Assembly: GCA_016906335.1 (NCBI GenBank) | Contig: JADEYG010000009.1 | Location: forward strand, 1,240,001 to 1,304,000 | Length of the DNA: 64,000 nucleotides | Direction of reading: 5' to 3' | From: Novakomyces olei | Lineage: Eukaryota | Shown: positions 36,303 through 49,603 of the stretch, in pieces | Layout: each line of letters begins with the position of its first letter | Position numbering within the stretch: the stretch's first letter is position 1 | Notes under the pieces: model-generated | The model's input: the letters and a program-made list of their open reading frames with translations, nothing else | Databases searched by the model: none | Told to the model about the DNA's origin: nothing | Translations under genes and position numbers: made by a program

Positions 36303-37055
36303 TTATTCCTCCATTTCAGCTTCATCTGCAACCTCATCCTCATCGTCCGCCCACCATTCAGGATTCCCTAAGCCCTCCTGATCACAGGCACCCTAAAACT
36401 TTAGCACCCAAAAAGTAAGAATGATAACAATTAAGATACCATAACAAGGTACGGTGAGACTGCATCCTCTACACGTGATCCTGGTCCGTTTTTAGGGTTC
36501 GATTCTCGGTAAGTCTCAGACTCGACACGGAAACGAAGTCCAATTCCTGCTTCTAACCATAGATCCCCAATTTCGCTGTGCCAAACATAAGCAGCCTCTT
36601 CTGGCCGCCACTCGCAATTTTCAAATAACGCGTGTCGCGGAATATGTATATCGTCGAAAAAAGACATTGAAACTTTGGCGATAATTAATAAACAATAATA
36701 TCCTTTTTCCTTACCTTTTATAGCCGTCTCGCTGCAAGAAGATATTGTGCCCTCGAGAATCTCCCCCCGAAAAGGTCTGAAAACAACGATCCTAAACTCC
36801 GCTAAGATAAACATTAGTTGTTTTGCCAAAGTGCAACTTTGGCTTACTTGTTACTGCCGCGGCTCCAGTGCCATGCTTTACTATTCCGTCGCTGACTTCG
36901 ACGAGATCAAAAACACAGACACAAAGTCCAACATTAGGCAGAACTTTATTAGCGTATTTGGAGTGAAGCACTTGAATGAGCGCGTCGCGCGTGCTTTCAC
37001 GAAACGACTCTGGTTCTAATTGTAGTACGTCGCTCAGTCGCGCAAGTACAAACAT
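36303..37055 (-). CDS. RPC25: RNA polymerase III subunit C25, 4 exons
   Basis: KYANKVLPNVGLCVCVFD, FRIVVFRPFRGEILEG, FFDDIHIP, GLGNPEWW. Confidence 0.93.
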
Positions 37056-37621
37056 TACTCGCTCGACACGTAGAGAAGCCAATTTTTTCCAATATAAATC
37101 ATCAAGTCTGCGCGTTAAACTAGGCTAACGCGGGCTTGAAACGAATGTTTTTTAATTATAAATCGCATATCCTAGAATTCAAAAAATTTAATTCAATTCC
37201 AGATTAGGGTGCTAATTTCTGTAGATCACAAGAAAACGATAAACCATTCTGGGTTATACTTAGATTAGGTAAAACCAGTTTGTGTTTCGATAAATGATGA
37301 TTTGCGAATAGCAAGCTGGTTTGAGATTAATAGTTTAAAGACTAATCTAGTTGGCCGCTATTGTCACGAGCTGCAACCTTCATTATTAGTCGGACGAGCC
37401 TGTCTCACATGTTCACTATTGGCTTGCGCTAAATCGAATCTGTGCTAGCCAAAGCAGATATGATTCAAATATCCTGCTTAGTCCGTTCAAGTAGTCTAGA
37501 CTTAATAAGTCCCCATAAGCTCTAGTTATAGTTTTAAACTTGTGACCAGATGCATATTAGATAAAGCAATGTAAAAGTATGATATGATTAATGCTAGAGA
37601 GGCAGCAATTTGAGCGCGTCA

Positions 37622-39916
37622 ATGCGACGTTTGCCTAAATTCTGGAGACTGTATACTACGACTACTGCTAAACCAGTCTCGCAGTCGTCTTTGCCTTCGT
37701 ATTTAAAAGATTTGGAGTCAATTTGCACTCAGGCTACACGTCGTCCTAATGCGACATGGCTTCGACAGGTCCGACCACGGTTTTTCAAAGGCGCAGCACG
37801 TGCAGCCCAAACGGAACCGAGTCTAGACTTGTCAATTCTTGTTGTGAGATTTCTAATTCAGAATTCAGATTTGCCAGAGTCTTTATCTAATCAAGATACG
37901 GATCTGGTCATGCATTTATGGGAAGAGCAAAAGGCCACAAATCCAGATGAATCGCGACTCCTCATACTGGCAGAAGCAGTTTTGCACTATGTTTTACGTA
38001 CAGGCGTTGCTGAGGAAAAGGGTTCAGCACTGGCTCCTTTGGCCCATGATGCTTTTGCTCTGGCCGGCAGCGTTCTTGACTTTGATAAGGAAGCTTGTAG
38101 ACACGGCAGCTCTCTATCGCTTGTTTGCCAGAGCGATCCATCAAAATTAGGAAAATCTCATGAGCCTTTTTCTAAAAATCAGACTGAAGGATCGTTAAAT
38201 GTGTGCTCTACAAAAGACGATGATGATGGAAGCGCTGTACAGGAATTATTTAATGGTCAATTTACTCTGGACTCTGATATGAAAATTAGAGCACAAAAGA
38301 TACTGTCAATGACAGCGCGGCTTTACGTGCGGCTATCGTGCCCAACGCGAGCCTTTTTTTGTGCTATGATTTTAGCCAAGGACAGTAAAGATTTGCCAAG
38401 CAATGCTATTCGAGCCATAGATTTCGTAATGCTAGATCTTGTTGATCGTGGACTTGCTGACGCAGCACTTTTACTGGCTCGGGCAGTGTATGCAAGTTCG
38501 GGCACGCTTACACACATGTTTTCGTCCATGCGACAATTGGCGCTATTGAGCTGTTTATGCTTTGGAAAAGAGGTATTATTTTGCATTTATTTCAAATTAA
38601 ATCCCTGTTGGAATATTCTTGTTCTAAATTTAATCTATCTTGTTTATTAAATTTTTGTTGCTCGTTTGCCGGTTGTTTATTAACTTTGACTTTAAATTCT
38701 CTTTATTTTTTATGACTTCAAATTTCAAAAATATAATTCTGATATTCAGGGACAAGGTGTGAAATGGTTATTGCAACAAGTCTTTGATAAGGAAACGCGA
38801 TCATTATTGACGGAAGGCACGTTGCTTCAAGTCCTTAATCAGGCAAGCAGATCAGGCGATGCAGAACTGGCCTCACTTGCCTTTTCCACTATTGACAAGT
38901 GTGGTATAGCGTACCATGAGAGGCATTTTGCTTCTTTACTTCAAGCAATTGTCTTTGCCAGCGACATAGATTCCATATTACCTATCCCCGGATTTATGAG
39001 GGCTGGTGGAGTGGATCCGGTGGAAACGACACTCGATGCTTTTACCCTTTTACTCGTATGTAAGCCCAAACTAATTCCATATTACGAAAATCTGCTGGTG
39101 CAATCGTGGAGCCAAGGCAGCCCGGCTGATCCTGCGATCCTGGACTCAATGATTTATGCCTCAAGTCTTCTCGGTGAGCATTACAGAGTAGAGCAATTAA
39201 TGCAAAAATCTCGGGTGCAATTTGGAATCACGGATCTACCCTTATTGACACTTCATGCTTTGCTATTCGATTATATTGAAACTCGAAACGTGTCCGCTGT
39301 TGCAGACACTCATGGGCAGATAAAGCAATTACCGAGCCATATAAGATTGGAAAACAAAACATTCGAATTGCTCATCGCCGGGTACTTAAGCGATCACAAC
39401 GCGCCTGTCGAACCGGCACTAAAAGCGCTTGAAGAAATGCGAAAATCGGGGTTTAAAATCCCGGAGCGCGTACTGCTCTGGTTTGTTTCCCGGTTAGGGT
39501 TTTCCGGGGACTCTCGTGTCGATGTAGTGTTGGACGAAATGCTCGCTCTTGGCTATGAGACACAAGGGTTAAATCAATTTGCTCTTTTTGGTGCGCCAAA
39601 GTATCTCTCTGTGCAAGATGAGCCTGATCCTGTACGCCGCCGTACTGCAAATGCGAGATTGGATTGGATGATTAGTGATTATCGCCGACTGAATGGCAAT
39701 TTAGCCTTTCCTTTTGCTGAAGAGCTGAAACGCCGACTGCTGCTGACTGCTATAGGTCATAGGCAACTCGCTAATATGTTTAATAAGCGGTTAAAGCAGA
39801 GTTCAAATAGGGAAAGAAATGATGTACAGAAAACTGGAGGCCACAAACAGAATAAACGCCAGCAAGAGGCATTTCGAGCAAAGAAATACTCTGGAGAGGA
39901 ATTTTGGTATAAATGA
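37622..39916 (+). CDS. Mitochondrial PPR-like helical-repeat protein; intron ~38573-38749
   Basis: Presequence MRRLPKFWRLYTT; PPR-like repeats (e.g. TFELLIAGY...ALKALEEMRKSGFKIP; LNQASRSGDAELA). Confidence 0.75.
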
Positions 39917-40269
39917 ACTGCTTCATAAATACTAGATTCAAATTTTGTGCTATTTGCTTGAAGAGAATGGCTCAAGAAAGGAGAAAATTTTGCTTGACTT
40001 TTGCATTTGAATATGCTGTGCGAGGATCTTTTTTGCTCTGGAAAACAATAACTTTTTTAATGACTTGATTATATAAGATTCAAACCTGAAATCATGATTG
40101 CAATGACCATTTATTCTATCACAATGCTTACAATTCCAAGAATTGACAGTTCCTGTGCCATATGTATATATATATATTATCTAGAACTAAATTATTTACT
40201 ATTAATGACTGTTTATTAATTATTATTTATTATTCACACGCCTTGGGTATCATATTGAGGCGAAATTTG

Positions 40270-43230
40270 TCACTCGTCAACATTTCGATAAACTAATCTG
40301 CCACCGGCCAATCGACGTTCGCGCTTCGCCTCGTACGCAGCTCGGACAACTCGTCTTATGCGATCACGGCCTTCCTTATAATTTGCTGCCCCTAAATCCA
40401 TGACTTTATCAATTTGCTCTGGAGAATACTCAAAGTTCCAAGTGCTCAACCACGGAGTCTTGTCCGGTTCGACCCCAGGGACGGCTTTATTCGGAATAAG
40501 TGGGAGATAAACAAGCGCAATCCCGTCGTCTCTTTTCATTCGCGTCCAATTCTCATCAACAATACTGGCCTTGGGAGGCTCACCGCTGTCGTCACGTTTA
40601 CGCGTGGAACCTATCCAAATTGTACAAGGTCCTAAAGCGTACTCGGTGACCTTTGTCCGGGTATTATTGCTGTCTAATTTCTCTTTTTCATTTCCCCTTT
40701 CTCCAATTTTATCCCCTTTTTTGTATTCATTTTGATTCAAATTTCCCCCAGAATCAGGACTCGTTTGCTCGATAGATCCATTGTCTGTTGCCGATTTCAT
40801 TTTCTCGGTTTCTTCTTTGTCTGCACTAGTCGCAGCGTCATGTAACTCGGCTCTCAAGCGGCTGGACTCACCGGAATTCCATCCTGCACCGGAGGGCCAA
40901 GCACGAATCCCGCGCTGTTTTGCGTAACCATCCGCCCTTTCAAAGTACGGTGTTTCCGTAATGTCAGCACTGCAGTCAATCGTAATAATGATGTCAGGAT
41001 CGCGTCTTAAAAGTGGGTAAAATGGGAGATTGTTACTCATGCCAGCGTCCATTACATCCAAGTAATCTGCAGTTTTCAGCGATTCCGGACAGGTGTCTGG
41101 TAATTTTTCGCCTAAATTTTTAGCAAAATTGGGGATCGAAGACGGAGTCAATGGATGGACGTTCAACATATCTGCATCTTTGGACATTATCAACGAATCA
41201 ATTTGCTTTATAATGCCAAATTGCGGTAATGCAGGCCGGATTTCTCTGTAATAATGACTCAGAGTTGCACACATGGCAGAACCAAAGATCCCCAGAAGAA
41301 TAGGGAGCCTTATTTCCGGCGCATAGGGAGTTTTGCTCTCTCCATCATCAAATTTACGGCCCATTGACCACGTGGGAATAGCGACACCCATATCCTCAGA
41401 CCCAAGCTCAAACGGTGTCAGCTCGAGCCAAGTAAAATACGACGATTTCCGGTCTTCTTCCTCGATTTTTTGCATTTTTATTTGCTCTTCTGGAACATTA
41501 ATTGCTACGAGATGGCCTTCTTCGTCCGCATCTGTCTTTGCATCTGTGGTACTGAGTTTTTGTGCTTGTCTCTCTTTCAAACTACGTAATTTACGATCAC
41601 GAAATTCTGCGAGATCAATAAATGTTTCGTTTCGCGGTTCTGGAATCACATGATGCACCATTGTGTATATTGGAAGCGGAACACGGCCAGATTTAATCGC
41701 CTCTGCTTGCGAAGAAATCTTGAGAAAATTGTAATCGAGGTGAGAAAGGTCTTTGGGTATGAGCAGACGGCCCGCCAGCATCGTTCCGTAAAGATCAACG
41801 AGTCCAATTTCGCTGGTTCCGGCTTGCAATTTTTCCAATACTCCAGTCAGCAGATATTTGTTTGTAGGTGGTTCCGAAAGCTGTTCAAATAGGGCGGGCG
41901 CATAAGCAATATGCACTCCCAGTCGATCTTTGAGATGGTCTACAAGTTTCGACCAATTTTCCTGGCAATTAGAATAGGTCTGAGAGGAATGGCCATATTA
42001 AAAGAAAAAAAATTCAATAACACTAATAAATAACAAAATAGATGTATAAATATATAGATAGACTAGGGACTGATGCGAGGTGCATAAGAAGGTAGTTGAT
42101 ATTGCTGCATGCGAATACGAGGTGTGAAAGCGCAATGGGTTTGAAAGAGAAAGGTTAGATATGGATAGAAGGGTACTGGATTGAGTCGACAATCAAACAG
42201 TGAATGCTTTTTGGCAAATCCAATTTTAATAATAAACATATAATAAATAAATACGTCCAGCAAGACAACAATGGACATTAAACAATTCAAAGTATTCCCT
42301 TGATACCCAAGAGGCAAAACCATGAATGACGAATAAAACGGATCAAGAACTGCAGTAAAAGAGCCAGTTTCATACCTCACTGAGCGAATTGTACAATGCC
42401 AAAGCCCAGCAGCTGCCGGATACTCCAGCAATATAAGAGGCGACATCGTACAAGCCATCTTGCTCGAGCGCTTGCAAATAAGCAACAGATCCTACGAGTG
42501 CCCGAAGGCCGCCGCCGCTTGTAGCAATGCCTACTAGTGAGCAAAAAAAACCCCACGTTATTAGAGCAAAGGCAGATTTATAAAAGTATATTTTACAACT
42601 CACAAACATTGGGCACATCATCCTCGTGCACTTCATCGTCCGGCAGTCCAAGGTACTTTGCTAAGGCAGAGCGTGTAAAGTTCAGGCGGCGAGTAGAGAA
42701 CTCTTTCTCCTGCTCACAAATATCACTGGACAAGCGCACATGAGCGTCACGTGCAACTTCTGGATTCACGCTCGGATCCGTAGCATCGTTCCATATTTCA
42801 CTGGACAATGAGCCCGGCTTCATGGAAACTTCAGCGGCCACTTTTTCCAGCCATTCAGGCATCATTTGGGCGTTGTCAGGTAGCAATTGGCTCAAAGACG
42901 GAACTTGCGGAATTGCATCGGTTATTTGTCCAAGAGACCGTGTAAGCGCCTGTGTAAGAGCCTCTGGCCATTGCCACGGACCGCCAGAATCATCGCCCGA
43001 TTCTTGTGAAGAAGCCAATTTTTTAGCTTTATTCGCAGCGTCCGTACCGACATCGCTTTGGTTGCGCGTTAGCTTTAATCCATTTACTGTACACTTGGAC
43101 TGCCACATCTTTCCTACCATTGAATAGCAGATTTATTTATAAAAGCCCGTCCTGCGGTCAGACCAAAGCTCATAGCCGCAACTGCCATTGCTGTACTGCG
43201 GCGCCGGCCGCACATGTAAGCGCGCGCCAT
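40270..43230 (-). CDS. cPLA2/lysophospholipase catalytic-domain protein, 4 exons
   Basis: IATSGGGLRA, GVSGSCW nucleophile motif, WLELTPFE, MDAGMSNNLP catalytic Asp; first intron ~43059-43118. Confidence 0.9.
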
Positions 43231-43261
43231 TGGTATCAGACGGCAACGGCACTCGCTCGTC

Positions 43262-43469
<208 letters not shown>

Positions 43470-43609
43470 GTCCGGCACACGGCAATGTCTCTGTGACGTT
43501 GGTTATTGAGGGCGTCAGCAGACGTAATCCGTCCGGAACCAACCAACCAACCAATCGATTCATTTATTCATTTATTTAAATAAATCACCGCCTCGAAACC
43601 TGTCTTGTT

Positions 43610-45481
43610 ATGGCGAGCAATGTACTGCAAGTGAGTGCAGAGGAAGCAGAGCTTAAACTGCTGACTGAAAGTCTTTCCTCGCTGGAAGACATTACCCGCA
43701 ATGCCTCTTCCGTTCTTGCGGGCGTGGACGACCGGATGCAGCAGCTTCAGCGGTCGATGCAGCCGGTTTACAAGACGACTCAGTCCTTTAGGATCTATAT
43801 GCAAAACGTGGAAGGAGCACTTGGCTATATTGCCAAATCTAAAAAGCTGTACGACTCTGCCTCGAGCGAGCAGGTCGTGATCCAGCGTGGCCCTGGTGAG
43901 AACCTCGATGCCTACTTGGACTCGCTGCAAAGATCTGCTGCTAATCTGCGGAGGCTTAAAACCTCAAATTTTGATAGCTCTGCTGCGGGAGCAGCAGAGC
44001 AGCAATTACAGGGTTTACTGCTTGAAGGAGCTCAGGAATTGCAGGGCTTAGCGCGGCAGTTGTTGCAGAGGGAAATTGGTGCTTATAATACAAGTCAGCT
44101 CGTTGCCAATGGGCAGTCGATGCCTCTTATTCCCAGTGCAACCGTCCGAACGCTGCGCAATATAAACAGTGCCTTCTCCGCTTTCCTTACACCCTTTGGG
44201 TATGAGAATCCCGTTCCACAACTGCTCTTGTCTTTGCGCAGTGAATACATGCGCAGCAGCTTGATGGCTCTCTCGCAAAATGCGCGTGGCATCATAAACA
44301 AGCGCAACAGTATGCCTACGGGTACGTTTGCCTCGCCGCGGGATATATCGGCTCTTACTACGTACACTACCGCTTTTATTGGACTGGTTGAGGCAGAGGC
44401 AGAGAGCTTGAAGCAGATTATCGGCGGCGACGCTGCCAGTCTAGTCTTGCCGGAAGTTTGCAAGGCTGCTGCTCAGCGTTACGAGCAAGTTATACAGGAA
44501 ATACGTGAGCATAGTCTCCGTAACATCGCGACTGACAGCGGTCTCCTGTTCCGTATGGTCATAGACCTCAAAGAGGCCTGTAGAATTGGGCCTCTGCTGC
44601 AAGGCCGCCAAGTTGAAGACAGGATTTTCGATCTATGGAAATCTAGTCGCAGGCAGGCGGAGACCTGTCTCAAGGAGATCTTTGGCACTGTAAAGATAAC
44701 AATTTCGCAAATAACCGCCATTCCAGCTTCAGGAAAACCCGATCCATTGTGTACGAGCACAATGACACGAATTGCCTCTGTAGCTGATCAGGCAGACACA
44801 GCCAAATACATACTCGCCTCGGCTGGTGATCGGTCTTGGGGCCGCGTCGTTAGTCTGCAAAATGCTTCTGCCACAGACTCTGCACCCGCCGAGTCTGATA
44901 CTAATCCCGACACTATTCTAGTGCACTATCTTTCTGACGTCATTCTGGCACTGTATACTGGGCTTGAATCCAAGTCGAATCAGCTGCTCAAAGGCCGCAG
45001 GTTGTTACACGGAATTTTCCTACTCAACTGTATCGAACAGATCCGTACTTCGATTGATCATTCTGCGCTCTATGAAGTTTTGGGGACCGAACATCGTCAA
45101 TTGCTTGACGATGCTTCCAAACGTGCTACAAACATGTTTTTAAGCGCCTGGAGTGAAGTTGTGCAAATGCTCATGTCGGACAAACAAAGAATAGGAGCCA
45201 GTTTATCAAAAGACGAAAGGAACCGTGTGAAAAAGCTGTTTCAAGATGTTGAGGAAAAGCTTTCTGAGCTGATTCAGTCAGCGAGAACACTTTACATTGT
45301 CACATCTGACTTACGAATGCGTCTTGTGAATGAGGTCAAACAGCTTATTTTGCCGGCTTACCGTATGGTGCGCGAGCGACATTTGCGCAGTGGGTTTAGC
45401 AAAAATCCTGAAAAGCATATTCACTATATGAAAGACAGCCAACTCGAGCAGCAGCTGCTGCAGATTCTGAATGGCACATGA
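43610..45481 (+). CDS. EXO70: Exocyst subunit Exo70
   Basis: 623-aa helical ORF; IQRGPGENLDAYL, GIFLLN, LSKDERNRVKKLF, FSKNPEKHIHY. Confidence 0.88.
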   Translation: MASNVLQVSAEEAELKLLTESLSSLEDITRNASSVLAGVDDRMQQLQRSMQPVYKTTQSFRIYMQNVEGALGYIAKSKKLYDSASSEQVVIQRGPGENLDAYLDSLQRSAANLRRLKTSNFDSSAAGAAEQQLQGLLLEGAQELQGLARQLLQREIGAYNTSQLVANGQSMPLIPSATVRTLRNINSAFSAFLTPFGYENPVPQLLLSLRSEYMRSSLMALSQNARGIINKRNSMPTGTFASPRDISALTTYTTAFIGLVEAEAESLKQIIGGDAASLVLPEVCKAAAQRYEQVIQEIREHSLRNIATDSGLLFRMVIDLKEACRIGPLLQGRQVEDRIFDLWKSSRRQAETCLKEIFGTVKITISQITAIPASGKPDPLCTSTMTRIASVADQADTAKYILASAGDRSWGRVVSLQNASATDSAPAESDTNPDTILVHYLSDVILALYTGLESKSNQLLKGRRLLHGIFLLNCIEQIRTSIDHSALYEVLGTEHRQLLDDASKRATNMFLSAWSEVVQMLMSDKQRIGASLSKDERNRVKKLFQDVEEKLSELIQSARTLYIVTSDLRMRLVNEVKQLILPAYRMVRERHLRSGFSKNPEKHIHYMKDSQLEQQLLQILNGT

Positions 45482-45643
45482 TTATGATTAGGGAGCGGGT
45501 TACATGGCGGCTTTTAATGTATGCGTACATGGATGTATAATATTTGCATTTCTGTGTATATTTATATTTATTTATATGTCTATGCATCTTTAAGGTTTGA
45601 CAAAAATCTACTATACATTTTGCAAATCATTCATGCCGCTCGC

Positions 45644-47120
45644 CTATTTTTGGTGAAAAGCGTCCCAATTAACAACACCTTCGTCACTCAAGAGCCCAAG
45701 CCGCTGGTAAAGGTTGCGTGGACGCAAAGCGTATTCTTTAAGCCAAAGCTCTCTAACGTTGGATTTTGCCTCATTGCGTTGACGGATCTTTTCAGCCGAT
45801 TCCGGTTCAGAGATCCAAGCTTTTGTGGCCTTTTCAAACTGCTGCCAAGCCTCGATTTGCTGCGCTACAATTTTGGCTTTTGCTTCAGAGTCAAAGGCTT
45901 TCTGTGACGTATCACCGGAATCTTGGTCGATAATACGATGATCAAATTGTCCGCCGTGCTGTGTTGGAATAAACTTTTCCGACATATGTTCCGATAGCTT
46001 CTTGGGATGACCAAAACCAATTTTGCGCTGGACATTTACGTCTAAAAAGTGTCGTGCAATCTATAGTGTTGATTAGATGAAAACATAAATGTCTAATGAA
46101 TTAAACAGAGATAAAATTACCTTCCAGACGCTCTCGAATAGGATCATTTTAAATCCAGTGCCAATAATAAGCGCCTTGCTTAAAATTTCGGGATAGTGAC
46201 TTTGAAAAGTTTCGCTAAAGATTTTGCCGAAATCCAAATCCTTGCCACTTTAGTATTGTGAACCAAAAATATACATAAAACAAAATGTCATGTAGAACGT
46301 ACTATATTTTCGCGAGAAAACCCGGTAAGGTCACCGACTGCAAATATACCCTTGTCACGCAAAAGTAAACGCACAACTTCCATATAAAAGAACATGAACT
46401 TTTTAAGTGCGTCTTGGCGCTCTTGCGTTTTAGGGGGGTGGAAATTGTGAGCATTGAAGAAGCTTTACATATAATAGTTAGTTGGGAGCATAATGATATG
46501 AGAAGAATCATTAAAAACAACAAGGAGACCAAATTAAGAGCATAGTCTGAAATTATGAGCATAAGTTGATCTTCAACAGTCGAATACACAAAAGACAGAA
46601 TAAAGCAAATATTAAATAGCATAAATATATCCAAAATTAAAATCGTAAAATTTAAATTAAAATATTGAATCAGAATGACATCTATCTCCTGGATCTTGAC
46701 TCACACAATTGCTCGGCCCTCTTTATCCTGACCCCATACGTAAAACACTCCACTCTTTTTATACTCTGGATCAAGATTCTTTTCGCCTCCCTCGGCAATT
46801 CCCTTAATATTTACTTCTCGACGCCAGACGAGTGTGGACGTCAGCATGTCTAATGCAGGGCCAACTTGCCATTTGCGAGCACGTAAAAATCGCACCATCC
46901 ATCCATCCGCGTCATCAAAAGCCAGCATGTCTACTAATCCTTCGGAAACTGCATCAGTAACACTCGCGTCATCGCCTATATGGCGCTTGAACTCAGTTAA
47001 AAGCGGTTTTCCTTCAGAAACCTGGTCAAAAAGCGAGCTCCATGCTTCACGTAGCAGTTTCTGCTCTCCTTCTGATATTTCTCGCGTATAATCCGGAATT
47101 GAGTCAATACCCGACGTCAT
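45644..47120 (-). CDS. CRAL-TRIO/Sec14-like lipid transfer protein (Csr1/Sfh2-like), 4 exons
   Basis: VRFLRARKWQV, GQDKEGRAIV, DLTGFSRENID, FQSHYPEIL, IPTQHGG. Confidence 0.9.
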
Positions 47121-47696
47121 TTCTCGGCACTGTCCTTTTGCTGGACGTGTTGTGTACGTATAAATCGTGTCAACCGGAATATTATTTATTTTTTTATTTT
47201 TTTTATTATTTATTATTTTTTATTATTCTCTTCTATCTTATTTAATTCTGTTATATTATATTGTTATTTATTTTATTCGATAATTTCATTGATTGTTTCA
47301 AATGTTGTATAAACTTAACTTCCTCATTACTAAAGCATTTTCCTTGCAGATTAATTCAGTATTATTCTTATTCACTCATTTGTAAATTCTATCTCGTTCA
47401 TATATTAATAAATACAGTTGTTAAATAGCTTTTATTCAATGTGTAATAAACCCTAACCCTTATTTTCTATAGCATCGAGCACTAATCAACTCAAACTTGA
47501 GCACAGCATTCATTCAAGACCGCAAATTTTTAGATAATGACAGAATAATGGTAAAATTTCCTTTTTCAATGTTATTAGGTATCCAAAAATATATGTACAA
47601 TATGTACAACGTATGTACATTAAAAGCGCTAATACATCGTATCACCAAATACCCACGAACAGAGGGACAACAAAAACAAACATTTTTCCTCGCGCT

Positions 47697-49603
47697 CTAA
47701 AAGTTGACCCTAATAAAGTTTCCTACGATACAACTTGGACTTTTGATAAATGTTAGTAATTACGTAGAAATTGTCAGCGCTGACTTACATGTTGTACTTA
47801 TCGCGTCGAATAGTAAACGAAAAACAGCAAGTAATGAATCCGTAGTTCTGATGAGGCAGCCCGCCATCTTTGCCGGTAGGTTGCCGTAATAAACAGCTTG
47901 TTAAAACGGCTTTCTGACCGGGATCAAAAGCAATATTGCTGTACTTTTCCCAATAATTAACAGCCGAATCTTCACCCATTAGTTCCGTAATTGAAAGCCG
48001 TCCATCTCGAAGATACTCAACAGGCCGGCCAATAAGAGATGCAAATTGCTCATTTCCACGAAATATTTCTCCCGTCCGTCTCCAAAGGCAAGCAGGAACA
48101 GCCATAGCTGCAAACATTCGATCGTAATCGAGTAATAGTCTCTCAAAAGACTCTTCGACCAGGATCAAATCCACATCTGTCAAACTACGGGTTAAAGCAC
48201 GGAATTTAGGACGGAATGTACTCATTGCCAGTAAGATACGTTGCCTAGATTCGGCGCTCATACTGCAAATTAGTCAGAATGCGTGGAAAGTAGAGGCATG
48301 AAAAGCTGGGCTCTGAATAGAATAAGAACAGCAATAGATATTTGGTCAGAAAGAAACAAAGCTGGGGAAAAAGCGAACGCAAGCAATTTGTATGTGTAGC
48401 TTTATATCAAATAAACAAAACAATGCGACGAGGCAAATCTTACGTTTCTTCCAAATATTTCTGAAGTCGTGCATATCCCTTAATGTAGTTGAATGGCCGT
48501 AATATACCAGCTTCGACTTTAGCCCTAATAACTTGCTTGAGTCTTTCTTCTGGGCTTATTTCAATAGGATTCGAAGCGGTAAGAAAGAACTTTTCCTTTG
48601 CGTCTTCACTGGGCTGAGAACCCAATCGATTCTGTTGGAACTGAGGTCCATTAGACCGGTTTCCGTCGGCTTCAGATGACGATGGAGCATAAGCAGGAGA
48701 AGTTGTTTGACCGACAGAGGGCACGGATGCTTCAGTGATAGATTGAGGCGTCGTTGACCCGTCCACAATATTCAAAAAGTCTTGCAAAACGAGAAATTCA
48801 TCAGAAGCAAACTGCGAAGCAAAATTTGGCTGTAAATGATTCATTTGATCATATCCCATAAGATGATAATCATTTGGGCCGGCAAAGGCGTCGAAACTGT
48901 TGAAATTGTCCACAGATTGATTACTTTCGAACTGATTAGAATAAAAAGGCCCCGAATCTATTTGCTGCCGGGGTGAGCGTAATTCCGTCGCATTCGTATA
49001 ATCGAGAGCATTTTCTGTTGCGTCCGATAATGAGGACGTCTCACGGATCCGTGGCTTTGATCCGTCGTCAAGAAATGGTGCGCCATCCTCGTCTTTTCTA
49101 ACGGGTCTTGGTCGTGAGTCATCGTGGCACAGGTGGCCGATATTACGTTTAAGACAACGCGTACAAGGCCGAGCTAAAACATGTGAGCAACGCGAGATCA
49201 TGGAGAAATGAAGCACATATGTATAGTCAGAAATTCAAACACAAATTTATTTCGTAAATTAAAACAATAAAAGACAAAAACAAAAAATGAAATTAAAACA
49301 AAAAAAAAGTAGCAGAAGGGGCGACGCAGATATGGAGACAATAATAGGCGCATGTACCAGCTGATCAAGAACTAAGAATTGCAAACCAAAAAACAGAATT
49401 AAATTCTCGCGGCATCAAGTACAATGCTACACTCGATTTTTCCCCGATTCGCGCAAAAAAGGTGGGGAGCAAAAAGACGAAAAAAGATAAAAGACACTAA
49501 ATCTTTCGCAAAATTTACCAGAATCACAAGTCATATGAGATCGGCGGCAGTAGACGCAGGCGTGGCCTACTTTTTTCCGTTTTGGCGGCAAGCGCCTGTC
49601 CAT
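47697..49603 (-). CDS. acuM: Zn2Cys6-PAS transcription factor AcuM/Rds2 (gluconeogenesis regulator), 4 exons
   Basis: ACVYCRRSHMTCD|RPCTRCLKRNIGHLCHD; FERLLLDYDR, PACLWRRTGEI, SAVNYWEK, CCFSFTIRRD. Confidence 0.92.
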
